DNA from: Thelocarpon superellum
Taxonomy: Eukaryota
Direction: 5' to 3'
Length of the DNA: 64,000 nt
NCBI GenBank assembly: GCA_026025795.1
Contig: JAPEUG010000048.1
Span: 1 to 64,000, forward strand
Positions 35,301 to 48,559 of the stretch are shown here, piece after piece. Numbering within the stretch: the stretch's first letter is position 1; the number at the start of each line of letters is the position of its first letter. The position numbers and the translations under genes were made by a program. The notes beneath the pieces are model-generated. The model was not told where the DNA came from. It did not search any database and worked only from the letters and a program-made list of their open reading frames with translations.

Positions 35301-37850
35301 TCACCCAGTAGTCGTTGTCGCCCTGGTGGTATCCGACCTCCTGCTGCGACCAGGCCTTGTCATAGTTGGGACACAAGAGCGTGCCGAACTCGATGATCCA
35401 GAAGACGACCAAGCCGTTCAACAGGGCAATGAGAAGCACCAGGATGACTTTCTCGCGCCACGCAAAGCGCACGTCAGGCCGCTTCATGCGTCCGACGTAT
35501 CGCAGCACAAACGAGGGGATCCAGAAGGTCAGGGCCCACACAAAGGCAACCCACATACGTCGCGTCGTGGAGATGGATTGTTCGGTGATGAGCTTGGCGT
35601 CGCCGAGCTCGGGATCCATCTGCCCGACAAGGTGCCCCTGGTCGGCGTCGTAGTAGGTCACGCCGCCTTGCTTCTCATCGCCACGTGTTCCGAGCCCATA
35701 GTCACCCTGGCTCATCATCGCGGGCACGGTGGGCGCGATGGATCGCGCAGGCATGGCGCTGTGGGCACCCAGCGTCGCCGAGCTCTGATGCCGTTGGATG
35801 AGTGGGTCGCGGCTCCCCTGGCCCGTCAGGCTGCCACCCATTGGGGCCTCAAAGAAGCCGCTAGGGCTGGGGCCAGGCCCGTTCATCGAGGCGGCCCTGT
35901 CCATCACGCCGTCACCATACGGCGTCACTCCATATGGGCTGCCGGCGGGCTTCAAGTCGAGCATGCTCTCGGCCTCCCACCACGCTGCCTCCCGCATCCA
36001 GACGCGTTCATGGCCGACGACAACCTCACCATTGCTCCATCCGCGCTCCATCACCCAGCTCTCCACACCGTCCTTGCCCTCCTTGCAGCCGAGGCGGGCG
36101 TAGCGTTCGCCAAATTCTTCAATGTCAAAGTCGGCGGTAAAGTCGAGATTCTTATTGCGTCGGTTGGCCCACTCGGGCAGGCGCCAAGTGCGCAGCTGGC
36201 GCGACACGGCGCCCGCAGACCACGCCGACGTGATCGACGGGAGAGCAGCCAGCGAGGCCGGGAGGTCGTCCGTCGGATGAAGCGACAGGTGGTACCATAC
36301 CCGGCTGCTGCCCAAGGTAGCCGCCAGGTCGAGACGGCCGGCCTTGCCAGCGTTCACGCCCTCCCCGTCGACGGGATAGATGATTTTGCGTAGGAAGCCG
36401 TCCGTCTCGGCGTCTCGGCCAATCTTCTCGAGTACGCCCTCCCGGCGATCGCGCTCGTAGTCGCGTTCACGAGCAGTCGGGCCGCCGGCGATGCCCAGAT
36501 CCGCCTCTACCTCTGCCACAGCGGTCGTCATCTCGCGTAGTACGGACGAGCCTGCCGGCAGGACTTCGACGCCGTCATCTTTCATCTCCGCATTGATGCC
36601 CAGTGTGTCGTCGAAGACGCCGCGGAGAGCGGCGGCCTTGCCGAGGGACTGCCCGGAAATCTCCAGGACAGAGATGGATACCGTATCGGCGTCGGCGTCC
36701 GTTTCCGGTGTATGGATGCCGGTGCCCCCAGCGGCGCTCTCGCTGGACGTGTCCGCCTCGCGGGTCTTCTGTACGTCGACGGCGATGGCTTCATTGGCGC
36801 GAGCGATGACCCAGTCCACCAAGGCCTCGTACAAGGCCAAGATCAAGGTCTCTCGCTCGCCCGTGCTACATTGCCGAATGAGGACGTCAGGATCAAGCCC
36901 CAAGAGGCCGCCCACGTCCTCTCCAATTTCATCCAAGTCTTCGGCATCGACGAGGAAGCCTCGAGTGTCGCCCAGCTTGAGTAGACCGGCTAGGGTGGAG
37001 AGCAGGCTTCGCTGCGCGGCGCCCCTGATACCAATGGCCTTGAGGGCGGAGCGGAAATCATCCGCCGAGGCAGCATCATCGGCGGTGCGGAGGTAGCTCG
37101 GCGGGTCGTACGTGCCAGATTTGTTTAGCAGCGAGTACTCGGCCAAGCTCTTGAGGTCGAGGAACTCGCGCTCAGCTGACGTGGAGGCGGACGTGAGCAG
37201 ATAGTAGAACACGTCAAAGGCGCGGTAGCCAGCCTCGGAGGGAACGTTGAGAAGCCCCGCCGCAGTATCAATGCCGGAGGTCGACAGGGCCAAGGAAGCC
37301 CCGGTCAGCTGGCCATTCAGCGTGAGCGTGAACTTGGCTGCCAACGTCGACACACGCAGGGCGGCGGGGTTCTGCGGGGTAAGGGTCTGGAGGAAGGGAC
37401 GGAGAGCGGATAAGGCATCATACAGGGCTGGCGGGATGTTGAGCGGTAAGGTGGAGATGAAGGGTGCCAAGAGCGGGGGCGCGGAGGGATGGAGCGAGCT
37501 ATGACGAGTCAGCATGATCAGACAGCAGCGGGGAGCCTCGACTGGAACGTGGATGTAGCCTACCCTAAGACGACACATCCATCTTCCGCCCGCCGGCGCG
37601 CATGTTCCCAGGCCCGTTTGGCCAGCTCGGCATCGACGGTACCGCCATCGCGGCCATCGGGGCCAGTGCCAATCGTGGTGAGCCAGGTGTTGACAGCCAG
37701 ACTGGTGCTGGAGTCGAGCGGGTACGGCTGGCCCGAGGAGTAGGAGACATGAAGGGCATTGAGGAGGGTCGTGGTCGAGACTTGGGTGGACTGCTGGCCG
37801 GTCAAGATGTTGGACGAGCTGTTGGAATACGTGGACAGGCGGTTGGGCAT
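32312..37850 (-). CDS. csmB: Class VII chitin synthase (CsmB/ChsVb) with degenerate myosin motor-like domain, cytochrome-b5-like region, GT2 domain and DEK_C; 4 exons
   Basis: [13 protein letters not shown]-terminus with no P-loop. Motifs [46 protein letters not shown] and [18 protein letters not shown]. Three canonical introns. Confidence 0.95.
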
Positions 37851-40094
37851 CTTGAGAGGCGTGGCCGCCGCCGTCGTTCGGACTGAGGATTCTCAGTCCC
37901 GAGCAGAGGTGATGCCCAGCGAGCGTGGAGAAAGAAAAGGCCGGTCAGAGGCTACCGCACTCGGTTGGTCCCTGGACGACGGTATGGTCGGTCGGAGAAC
38001 CCGGCCGGGAGAGGCACGGAACGAATGAGGCTCGGAGGCCCAGTGGGGAGGCGGGTCTCCTCAACGACCCAGCCAATCAACCGATGAATCAAACGAAGGT
38101 GAAAAAGGAGATGAACGAATGCAGACCCGAGGGTGTCACGACGAATCGTGGTGGAGTGGAGGTTGAGAAACTACCGCAGCTGCTACGATGACAGTGAATC
38201 GCTACGGACCAAAGTTGCACTACGACTCGCGACGAGTACCTCACTACCGCTCGACGCCGGTCGCTGGTTGCTGGTCGAGAGCAGTACGAGTGCTTAGAAA
38301 GAAGTTTGGGAAGGCTACGGGTAAGACCGTCGGCATGGGCAAATCACGTCGTTTCTCCGGGACCGGGGTGCGTCTATGATTGGAATAGGCCGGGTGGCGG
38401 TCACAGCCTATCAAAGTATGATCTACCCGTCCCCTCGCCGATAAGGGGCGGTCATCGCTTGGGAGATTTCCCTGGAGTTTCTCGAGGTCTTTCCTTCAAT
38501 ATGTTGACATTGTCTCGCTTTCAACAATCTTTGTCGTCCCTCAAACCTGGTGTAGAAAAGAGATCCCTGGCATGGTGGTCAGGCTGGTATCTGGGGATGC
38601 TTGACGCAACGCGTCGTGCACGAAATATTGGGAGACAAGAATGTGGGCCCGTGCCCCAAGAATGACGACGAACCGACTGGAATCCTGCCGCTGCTTTTGA
38701 GGCGCAGTGAAACTGCGAGGCGGCGAAGGGTGCAGCATTACGAGTGCAACCCACCATGCTCGTACGAAGTACCCTACCCGAACGCACATGTCCGTGGGCC
38801 AACCCCGAGTAGGGAGGTCCAGGCCGACTGTGGGGTCATTCAGGTGGCGAGAGATTTCTAAGAATATTTCCAGCCCCGTTCGAACGCGCATCTACTTCTA
38901 GCGTGCGCACGCCGTGCACACGCCAGTCCGGCTCTATCCGTAATCGGCACCGCTCTCCAGCTAACGGATCCACACGTCGCTCGTTGCTCGTTGCTCGTCG
39001 CTCGCCCAGCCTCGGGCTCATCGGCGCGCGACCGACCGCCATCACCATGTCTCCAAGAATGGGCAAGTTACGAGAGGCCGAGTCTCATGTCGCGACAGGG
39101 TGCAACGGGATGTGTGTGGATGGAGAAAAATATGGGACATGTCTCCTGTGGTCGTTGCGGCAACCCGAGCGTGCGGCACGAGGCTCTCGTTTCCCGAATG
39201 ACGAATAAGGGGCCTCCTAAAGTAACGCCGGCTCTTGCACACGACCGAGGCGTCATGCTTATGGCCCAGGTTCAGCCTAAACCAAAGCACTCCGTACGGC
39301 ATCCGTCGGCTCCAACACTCTCCGATGTGCTTGTCGTCCGTTCGACGGATGAATGACAGCGCACCGGAGCTCACCTACACGAGGATGCAGAGAAGCATGA
39401 AGAGTACCGGGATCATTCGTAAAGTCACAGGCAAAGGGGTGTTGTCGACCGGTGCGCCTCTGGGATCATCGGACCAGCCAAAGATAGCAACCGAGGGGGG
39501 CTACTCCATCAGCACCGACGAAAAAGAAAAAGACGGGGCGCTGCGGTCCGCGTAGACCCGTCCTAGTGGAAAGATGAGTAACTCGTCCTCCTGCAGGCCG
39601 CAGCTCCGCTCCGGCCTATCAGTGCCCGGCGCCCGACCAGGATAGAAACTCCGGAGACTGAAGAAAGTCAAGACACACGAAGTAGTACTACGGAGCAGTT
39701 GCTTGTCGGCCGCTACAGCATACCACATCCACCAACATTATTCCCTTCGTTTGATGATCGCGTCTCGTTCACCTTCCTTACCTCCCCACCTCATCCTCCA
39801 TTTTCAATCGGTCCGCCCTCCGGCCGTGGGACCTTGGCTTCGTGCCCGACACTCGCTTCGCTTTCTTTCGTCACCCCGACCTCTGTCATTCGCTTCAGTT
39901 GGCGTGCACAGGACGACACACGGACACGCCCACGCCCTCCTCCATGACTTCCGTCGTTGGGTGGCTTCCTCGAATTTGAAGCACCTCGTCTTCAACGTAG
40001 GATCCAAGAAACACCCTTTCTTTCGCTGCCGGACTTCTTCTTGGCGGCACGCGGCATCCCCGCCACGATCCGCGGACCACAACCCGACCGGACC

Positions 40095-43000
40095 ATGGCG
40101 ACGCGCAATCCCTCGGCCGGGCAGAGCTCTCTGCCCAGTCTGCCGGCCCATCTCCAGTCTGACACCCATTTGACCGCGCATCTGGCTTCCCGCTTCCACG
40201 CCGGTCAATGTACCGCGACCGTATCGTCTTCCGCTCTCATCTGCCTGAACAACTACAAGTCCTCCGCCAGTGGCCCCGATGGGGGCAAGGATGGCAGCGC
40301 CATGGCCGGCGCCGAGGACCTGGCAGCCCGAATCTGGACGAGAGTGGGCGAACGGGCGGAAAACCAGGCCGTCGTCTTCTTGTTTGTCTCCTTCTCTCCC
40401 CGCGGAAGCAGAAGTACTGACCTGCGTTCGACAGAGGCGAGTCCGGCGCCGGCAAGACGACCATTCGCTCCCATCTGCTCACCTCCCTCCTCTCCTTCTC
40501 CTCCACACCCCTCTCCACCAAGCTGTCCCTCGCCGCCTTCGTCTTTGACACCTTGACCACGACCAAATCCCTGACCACCCCAACCGCCTCCAAGGCCGGC
40601 CTCTTCTACGAGCTGCAGTACGACACCGCCGCCTCGGCCCGTCCGACACTGATTGGCGGCAAGCTGCTCGATCATCGGCTGGAGCGGAGTCGTGTTGCCT
40701 CCGTCCCGACCGGCGAGCGGAACTTCCACGTCTTGTACTACCTCTTAGCCGGTACCAGTGGTGCCGAAAAGACCCACCTTGGCTTGGATGCCACCGGCCC
40801 CACCACCGCCGCCGCCGGTGACCGCACCTCGGCCATGCCAGGGCAAAAGCGATGGCGCTACCTCGGACATCCCACCCAGCTCAAGGTTGGCATCAACGAC
40901 GCCGAGGGCTTTCAGCACTTCAAGACTGCCTTGCGCAAGCTTGAGTTCCCCCGGAGCGAGATCGCCGAAATCTGCCAGATCCTTGGTTGCATCTTGCACC
41001 TGGGCCAGCTTGAGTTCACGACAAGCCAGTACACCACCCCGACCGGCGATGACAGTGGCGGCTACTCTCACGAGGGTGGCGAGACGGTCACTGTCGTCAA
41101 GAACAAGGACGTCTTGGTCATCGTCGCCGCCTTTCTGGGCGTCGGCGCCGCGGATCTCGAGACCAGTCTCGGATACCGGACCAAGACACTGCACCGTGAG
41201 CGCGTCACCATCATGCTCGATCCTCAAGGCGCGCGTGAGAACGCGGACGAGCTCGCCCGGACGCTGTATGCTCTCTTGGTTGCGTACATCGTCGAGAATA
41301 TCAACCAACGCCTCTGCGCGGCCGAATCCAGCGTGGCGAACACCATCTCCATCATCGACTTCCCCGGTTTCGCCCAGGCCGCCGCCACGCGCTCGACTCT
41401 TGACCAGCTCCTCAATAACGCGGCCACCGAGTCACTCTACAACTTTTGCTTGCAATCTTTCTTTGAGCGCCGCGCTGAGATGCTGGAGAGCGAGGAGGTC
41501 AGCGTGGCGGCCACCAGCTACTTCGACAACTCCGGCGCGGTCAAGGGCCTGCTCAAGCCTGGAAATGGTCTGCTGAGCATCCTCGACGACCAGAGCCGCC
41601 GCGGCCGTACCGATCTCCAGTTCCTTGAGAGCATCCGCAAGCGCTTCGAGAACAAGAATCCCGCCATCACCGCCGGCAGCGCCACGGCGACCTTGCCGGG
41701 AAGCAACTTCGCCACCGCCAACCCTGCAGCGACCTTTACGGTCAAGCACTTTGCCGGCGAGGTGGAGTATCCCATCACCGGTCTGGTGGAGGAAAATAGC
41801 GAGGTCGTGTCGGGCGACCTCATGAATCTGATCAACGCCACGCGTAGCGACTTTGTGCGCGAGCTCTTCGGCCAGGAGGCCCTGAAGACGACGTCGCACC
41901 CCAAAGAAAAATCCACCATCGTCCAGGCCCAGGTCAGCTCCAAACCACTGCGCATGCCTAGTGTCGTCCGCCGCAAGGCCGCCACGGCCAAGTCCCCGCA
42001 GCTGGCCGATGGCGACAGCGACAGCCTACGCGTTCCTGGCGCCAAGCCCCCGGCCAAGGCGCGCAAGGGAAGCGCCGACGGCGGCACGTCGGACCACGGC
42101 GCGGCCGGCCAGTTCCTTGGCTCACTCGAGGCCATCAATCGGGCGCTGACGGTGCCCAACACTAATCCTTCCTTCGTCTTCTGTCTCAAGCCCAACGACC
42201 GACGTATCGCCAATCAGTTCGATAGCAAGGCGGTGCGCACCCAGATCCAAACGTTTGGCATCGCCGAGATCAGCCAGCGCCTGCGCAATGCCGACTTCGG
42301 TCTCTTCTTGCCCTTTGCCGAGTTTCTCGGCCTCGCCGCCGCCGAGACGCTCGTCGTCGGCAGCGAGCGCGAGAAGGCCACGATCGTGCTGGACGAGAAG
42401 CAGTGGCCCCCCAACGAGGCCCGCATCGGCAGCACGGGCGTCTTCCTGAGCGAACGCTGCTGGGCCGAAGTGGCACAGCTGGGTGACCGCGTGGTTGGCC
42501 CGGCTCGCTCCGTCGGCGGCGCCCCGACCGACGACGAGGGCGATGGCTTCATGAGCCCGGGTGACGGCATCGTCCGGCCCTTTGGCGACTCCAAGGTCCG
42601 GCTGATCCCCTCGCAGACCTCGTCGCCCGGTGCCGCCCTCGGCTACGGCGATGACGTTAAGATGGCGGGCGGCTACTTTGGTAGTAAAGAGGACGCGCGG
42701 TCGGACGCTGGCGCCTCGGCCTATCATGCGGGCGATCTCTTCCGCAACCTGGAGACGCGCGAGCAGATGGCGGAGAAGGGCAATGAACGCAAGCTCGAGG
42801 AGGTCGATGATGTGGTGACGAGCGCCAGTCGCAAGCGCTGGCTCTTCATCGTCTGGGCCCTCACTTTCTACATCCCCGACCTGCTGATCAAATGGATCGG
42901 CCGAATGAAGCGCAAGGATATCCGCATGGCCTGGCGCGAAAAGGTGGCCATCAACCTACTCATCTGGCTCAGCTGCGGCTTCGTCGTCTTCTTCATCGTC

Positions 43001-45824
43001 ATCTTCCCCCAGCTCATCTGCCCCAAGCAAAATGTCTTCAGCACGGCCGAGCTGTCGGCCTACGACGGCAAGGGCAACGACGGGGCGCTGATCGCCATCC
43101 GCGGCGAGGTCTTTGATCTTCAGGCCTTCTTACCGGCACACTATCCCAGCATCGTGCCGCAGCAGTCGCTACTCAAGTATGCCGGCACCGACGCGACGGT
43201 CATCTTCCCCGTCCAGGTGTCGGCGGTTTGCGATGGCAAGGACGGCTCGGTCGACCCGGCGGTGTCACTCGACTACTCCCCCAGCAACGTCTCGGGCACG
43301 CTGTCGGACTTGGGCACGGTCGATCCGAACTCACGATACCACGATTTCCGTTACCTCCATAAGAACGAGCCGAACGGGTACCGACGCGATTGGTATTGGG
43401 AGCAGCTGCTGATGCTGCGGGCGAGCTTCAAGAAGGGCGATATGGGCCTCTCGCCGGAATATCTGCAGACGCTAGCCAGCAAGCAGCAGACGATCGCGTC
43501 GTTGAACGGCAAGGTGTACGACTTCACCGCCTACCAGATGGGCGGGCGCAACATCCTCGAGCCACCGGGCCAGGCGGCTCGACCCGGAATCGATACGAAC
43601 TTCATGGCCGACGTCGTCGTTGAGCTCTTTCAGACGCGATCGGGCCAGGACGTGACGGCCTACTGGGAGGCGCTCCCGCTGGACGCAGGCCTGCGTTCGC
43701 GCATGCAAACCTGCCTCGAAAATCTCTTCTACGTGGGCCAAGTAGACACGCGGAACTCGCCTCGCTGCCAGTTTGCGCGCTACGTGTTGCTCGCCGTCTC
43801 CATCCTGCTCTGTAGCGTGATTGGGTTCAAGTTCTTCGCGGCGCTGCAGTTCGGGCGCAAGAATCTGCCGGAGAACCTCGACAAATTCATCATCTGCCAG
43901 GTGCCGGCCTACACGGAAGACGAGGACTCGCTGCGCCGGGCGATCGACTCGGCAGCGCGGATGCAGTACGACGACAAGCGCAAGCTGCTCGTGATCATCT
44001 GCGACGGGATGATCATTGGACAAGGCAACGACCGGCCGACGCCTCGCATCGTGCTCGACATCCTCGGCGTGGCCGAGACCGGGGACCCCGAGCCGCTGAG
44101 CTTCGAGAGTCTGGGCGAGGGCATGAAGCAGCACAACATGGGCAAGGTGTACTCGGGCCTGTACGAGGTGCAGGGTCACATCGTGCCCTTCCTCGTGGTG
44201 GTCAAGGTGGGCAAGCCGTCGGAGGTGTCGCGGCCGGGCAACCGGGGCAAGCGTGACTCGCAGATGGTGGTGATGCGCTTCCTCAACCGCGTGCACTACA
44301 ACCACGCCATGAGCCCGCTCGAGCTGGAGATGCACCATCAGATCCGCAACATCATCGGCGTCAACCCGACCTTCTACGAGTTCATGCTGCAGATCGACGC
44401 CGACACGGTGGTGGCGCCCGATGCGGCGACGCGCATGGTGGCGGCCTTCCTGCACGACACGCGCCTCATCGGCCTCTGTGGCGAGACGGCGCTCACGAAC
44501 GCCAAGTCGTCCTTCACGACGATGATCCAGGTGTACGAGTACTACATCTCGCACAACCTGTCCAAGGCGTTTGAGAGCCTGTTCGGCAGCGTCACCTGTC
44601 TGCCCGGCTGCTTCAGCATGTACCGCATCCGCGCGGCCGAGACGGGCAAGCCGCTCTTCGTGAGCCGGGAGATCGTGGAGGCATACGCGACGGTGCGGGT
44701 GGACACGCTGCACATGAAGAATCTCCTGTACCTGGGCGAGGACCGGTACCTGACGACGCTGCTGCTCAAGCACCATCCCAAGTACAAGACCAAGTTCATC
44801 TTCACCGCGCAGGCCTGGACCATCGCCCCGGACAGCTGGAAGGTGTTCCTCTCGCAGCGGCGGCGCTGGATCAATTCCACGGTGCACAACCTCATGGAGC
44901 TGATCCCGCTGCAACAGCTGTGCGGCTTCTGCTGCTTCAGCATGCGCTTCATTGTGTTCCTCGATCTCCTGAGCACCCTGGTGCAGCCGGTGACGGTGGC
45001 GTACATTGTCTACCTGATCGTGCTGATCGCGCGCAGCTCCGACATCGTGCCGCTGACGGCCTTTATCCTGCTCGGGGCCATCTACGGACTGCAGGCCATC
45101 ATCTTCATCTTGCGCCGCAAGTGGGAGATGATTGGCTGGATGATCATCTACGTGCTGGCCATCCCGGTCTTCTCCTTCGCCCTCCCGCTCTACGCCTTCT
45201 GGCACATGGATGACTTCACGTGGGGCAACACGCGTGTGGTCACGGGCGAGAAAGGACGCAAGATTGTCATCTCGGACGAGGGCAAGTTCGACCCGGAGTC
45301 AATCCCGCGCAAGAAATGGGAGGAGTACCAAGCCGAGCTGTGGGAAGCCCAGACGGCACGTGACGACCGATCCGAGGTGTCGGGCTACTCCTACGGCACC
45401 AAGTCCTACCCTCCGGCCCCGTCGGAGTACGGATATCCGGCGTCACGGCCGCTGTCGCAGCTGCATCTGCCGCCGCACGGTGGCTCGCGTCTGAGCCTGG
45501 CGCCGTCGGAGATGCTCGGGACGGCGCACGGGTCGACGTGGGCAGCCGGGTACGACGTGGAGCTGACGGACCTGCCGGGTCTCCCCAGCGATGATGCGAT
45601 CTTGGCGGAGATCCGCGAGATCCTGAAGACGGCGGAGCTGATGACGGTGACGAAGAAGAGCATCAAGCTGGATGTGGAGCGACGCTTCGAGCTGCCTCCA
45701 GGTGGTCTGGACGCCAAGAAGGCGTATATCAATTCTGGTGAGTGATTCCATTGCCGACCGTGTGGAAATACAACTGACCTGGCGGCCTGTAGCCACGGAA
45801 GCCCTCCTCTCTGGTCAACTGTGA
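40095..45824 (+). CDS. csmA: Class V myosin-motor chitin synthase (CsmA/ChsV); join(40095..40381,40435..45737,45793..45824)
   Basis: P-loop [18 protein letters not shown] and IIDFPGF myosin motifs, cytochrome-b5-like region, GT2 motifs (IDADT, GEDRYL, QRRRW) and DEK_C. Head-to-head with the class VII gene. Confidence 0.96.
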
Positions 45825-46761
45825 CGGGGAAGACGTGCGACGCATTGGGAGATTAGCATGTGGGCGTGGGTGGAGCATTCGGTTTGCCTCAGGGGTGCCA
45901 TGTTACTGCATCTGACCGTCTGTGGTAGTCCAATTCAAACTGTACGCTGTGCTAGGCATCGATGACGCGTATGGAGGAGTATGGAGGAGTGAGATGACAA
46001 AGTCCCTTGCATGGACAATTGCATCCACAAGTGGTCCGCAGGGGTCTGGTGGCGACTGGGGTAGAACTCGAGGTGGATTGGACCGTGATTGGCTCACCCT
46101 TGATACTGTTGTCTCTCCATCGAGCCTCAGCACGAGGCGACCTTTCCGGATTAGGAAGACGCGGACCGGATGCAGTAAAGTCTCCTCATTCTTAGGGTTG
46201 GTGCCGGTCGCTGCCACGTCTAGTTCCAATGATCTCAGCAATTTGCCAGGGTCAAAGCGAGCGACCCAAGCTTCGACCCTGGCGCTATACTACTTCGGTC
46301 GGTAGGATAGGGATGAGGGTAGGAAAGCTTGCTGAGTCCACCGGAACAGGGTGGCAGACGTGGGCGTCGTGGGCATCCAGCTCCACTTAATTCCCACCAT
46401 TGGTACCGACCAGGTTCGATCCAAGACCTGCGTAACCACTCGGAATTGCCTGGGCTTGGCCCTGCTTGGCATTCAAGGCAGTCTCTTCCGGGGGGTCACC
46501 ACAACGTCTCTCGTGAACTTGTCCTTCCTTCGATCGGTCCGACCGATCGTGACGGGCGTAAGAGGATGAAGACATCGTCGTTGGGTTGCTTTCTCACTCC
46601 GCGTCGATGATTCGGAGTCGTCAGCCGTGAACTTTCGCCTCCAGCGTAGTATGTCCAATCCCCTCCTGACCGAAGGTGGTCGAGCTGACGATCGCAAGAC
46701 GCGTCTCTCATCTACACTCCGGCGTCCAACCGCCACCATCTCCACTACCACCACCACCATC

Positions 46762-47811
46762 ATGGTTGGATCCGTCTGCACCGCCGTCTCCTTCGTCCCC
46801 ATCTTCCTTCACCTGTTCATCACCAGCACGCGATGCACCACCTCGCCGAAACGCGGCCTCATCGACGTCGCCACCTCCTACGGCAGCACGGACGACAAAA
46901 TCTGGACGGAGCCGGGGAGCGACCTGACATGGTACTACAACTACGACGACTCGCCGTCACCGGGGTACAGCGACACGAGCCTCCAGTTCGTACCGATGCT
47001 GTTCGCGGCGCCCAATACGACGGGCGACACCAGCTTCCTCGACACGGTCCAGCAGCAGCTCGACGGCGGCGCCAACGTGACGGCCATTCTCACCTTCAAT
47101 GAGCCCGACGGCACCTCCGCCACGGGCGGCAGCGCCGTCGACCCGACCCTGGCGGCGCAGACGTGGATCAAGGAGGTGGAACCGCTCAAGAAGCACAACA
47201 TCTCACTCGGTGGGCCCGCCGTGACGGGTAGCGAGAGCGGATTTACCTGGCTGCAGAGCTTCTTCACGGCGTGCGCGGGCAACTGCAGCGTGGACTTTTT
47301 GCCGGTGCATTGGTACGGCAACTTCGAGGGTCTGGCCTCGCATATCGGTCAGGTCCGCGGCACGTATCCCAATATGAGTATCTGGGTGACGGAATACGCG
47401 CTCCCGAACGCCAGCTTGACCGACTCGCAGAGTTTCTACAATTCCAGCGCCGATTATTTCGATCGGATTGAGTGGGTCTCCACCGTTGCCCGACGCTACC
47501 CCCTCTTTCATCCATTCGTTCATCAAGGCCATGGAACCGAGCAGCTGACGAGACACAACCCTAGCTACATAAACCGATACTCTTACTTCGGCAGCTTCCG
47601 AAGCAGCGCCAGCAACGTCGGCCCCAACGCCGCGATGCTGACGCAAAACGGCAAGCTTACAGACATCGGCGCCTACTATCTCGGCGTGCCGCCGCAGGGG
47701 AACGTTCCTGCTGCGGCTGCGGGATTGAGCGCTGGACGACCGTTGAAATGGCGTAAACTAGGCGCCGTGGTGGCGGGAGTGGTGTGTTTGTCGGGACTTA
47801 TGCTGTTTTGA
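46762..47811 (+). CDS. GH128 (Asl1-like) beta-1,3-glucanase, secreted, probably GPI-anchored; intron 47472-47564
   Basis: Signal peptide, KRGL, WYYNY, FVPML, catalytic FNEPD and WVTEY, PVHWY and RYSYFG. The C-terminus is hydrophobic. Confidence 0.9.
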   Translation: MVGSVCTAVSFVPIFLHLFITSTRCTTSPKRGLIDVATSYGSTDDKIWTEPGSDLTWYYNYDDSPSPGYSDTSLQFVPMLFAAPNTTGDTSFLDTVQQQLDGGANVTAILTFNEPDGTSATGGSAVDPTLAAQTWIKEVEPLKKHNISLGGPAVTGSESGFTWLQSFFTACAGNCSVDFLPVHWYGNFEGLASHIGQVRGTYPNMSIWVTEYALPNASLTDSQSFYNSSADYFDRIEWVSTVARRYPLFHPFVHQGHGTEQLTRHNPSYINRYSYFGSFRSSASNVGPNAAMLTQNGKLTDIGAYYLGVPPQGNVPAAAAGLSAGRPLKWRKLGAVVAGVVCLSGLMLF

Positions 47812-48384
47812 TACACTCTCTTTCCTGAATTTGGACGAGCGAGCTGTCCCTGGTTCGATTTCAATTGAGCTTTCATTGCAGGGTGGTAGGGTTGGTTGGG
47901 TTTGGATGGATTCGAAGAGATGGTTGACCGACAGACATCGATGAGAGATCGACGATAGAGCATTGGTATTGTTATCAATAGCAGTAGAACTGTTGCACGG
48001 ACATGCAGGTAGGGAAAGGGGCCGGGAACAGTCATCACCAGCTTAGTCAGTTAGTCAATCAGTCAGTCATTTCATCAATAGCCATCGTGTATACATACTG
48101 GTAAGACGAGCCAACAAAAGAGGTGGAAGAGAAGAGAGAAAAGAAGGGAGGGCACACGAACAATGAATCTATAGGAGCGCGCACGTGATCTGGTCACATG
48201 CCCACTCCTATCACTATCCCGACTACGCGTAGATTAGCAATTCAGCTCTGATTCCTAAAAATCGAAAATAAAACCATGGTCGGTCTTGCCCTTGCCCCTG
48301 CTCTGCCTGCCTGACCTCGATTTTATTTACACCTGCTGCTCGAAGCGGTATCTTTTTCCCTCCTTCCTCCCTCTTTCCTCCCTC

Positions 48385-48412
48385 CTCTCTCTCTCTCTCT
48401 CTCGCGCGCGCG
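48385..48412. repeat. (CT)9(CG)5 compound microsatellite
   Basis: Seen directly in the convergent intergenic region. Confidence 0.85.
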
Positions 48413-48559
48413 CACGCAAGTACAGGAACCCTCCATGTGTAACCGGCCAACCAAATCTATAGATGTGAGGATGAAGAAAGACTTGTGAAGATGATGGAAA
48501 GACTGTCACAGGACAAGAATAATGATTGAAACCATAGCCAGGCACACGGGTGAATGCAA

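Noticed and set aside
37851..40094. Many short ORFs, and a possible Rlm1/MADS site, in the chitin synthase divergent region
   Set aside because: The ORFs lack coding character, and I found no clean CTA(W)4TAG site by eye.
43472..45205. 577-aa minus-strand ORF, and similar ORFs at 34840-36393, 33619-34767 and 32949-34010
   Set aside because: Antisense to the conserved chitin synthase domains; a codon-bias artefact.
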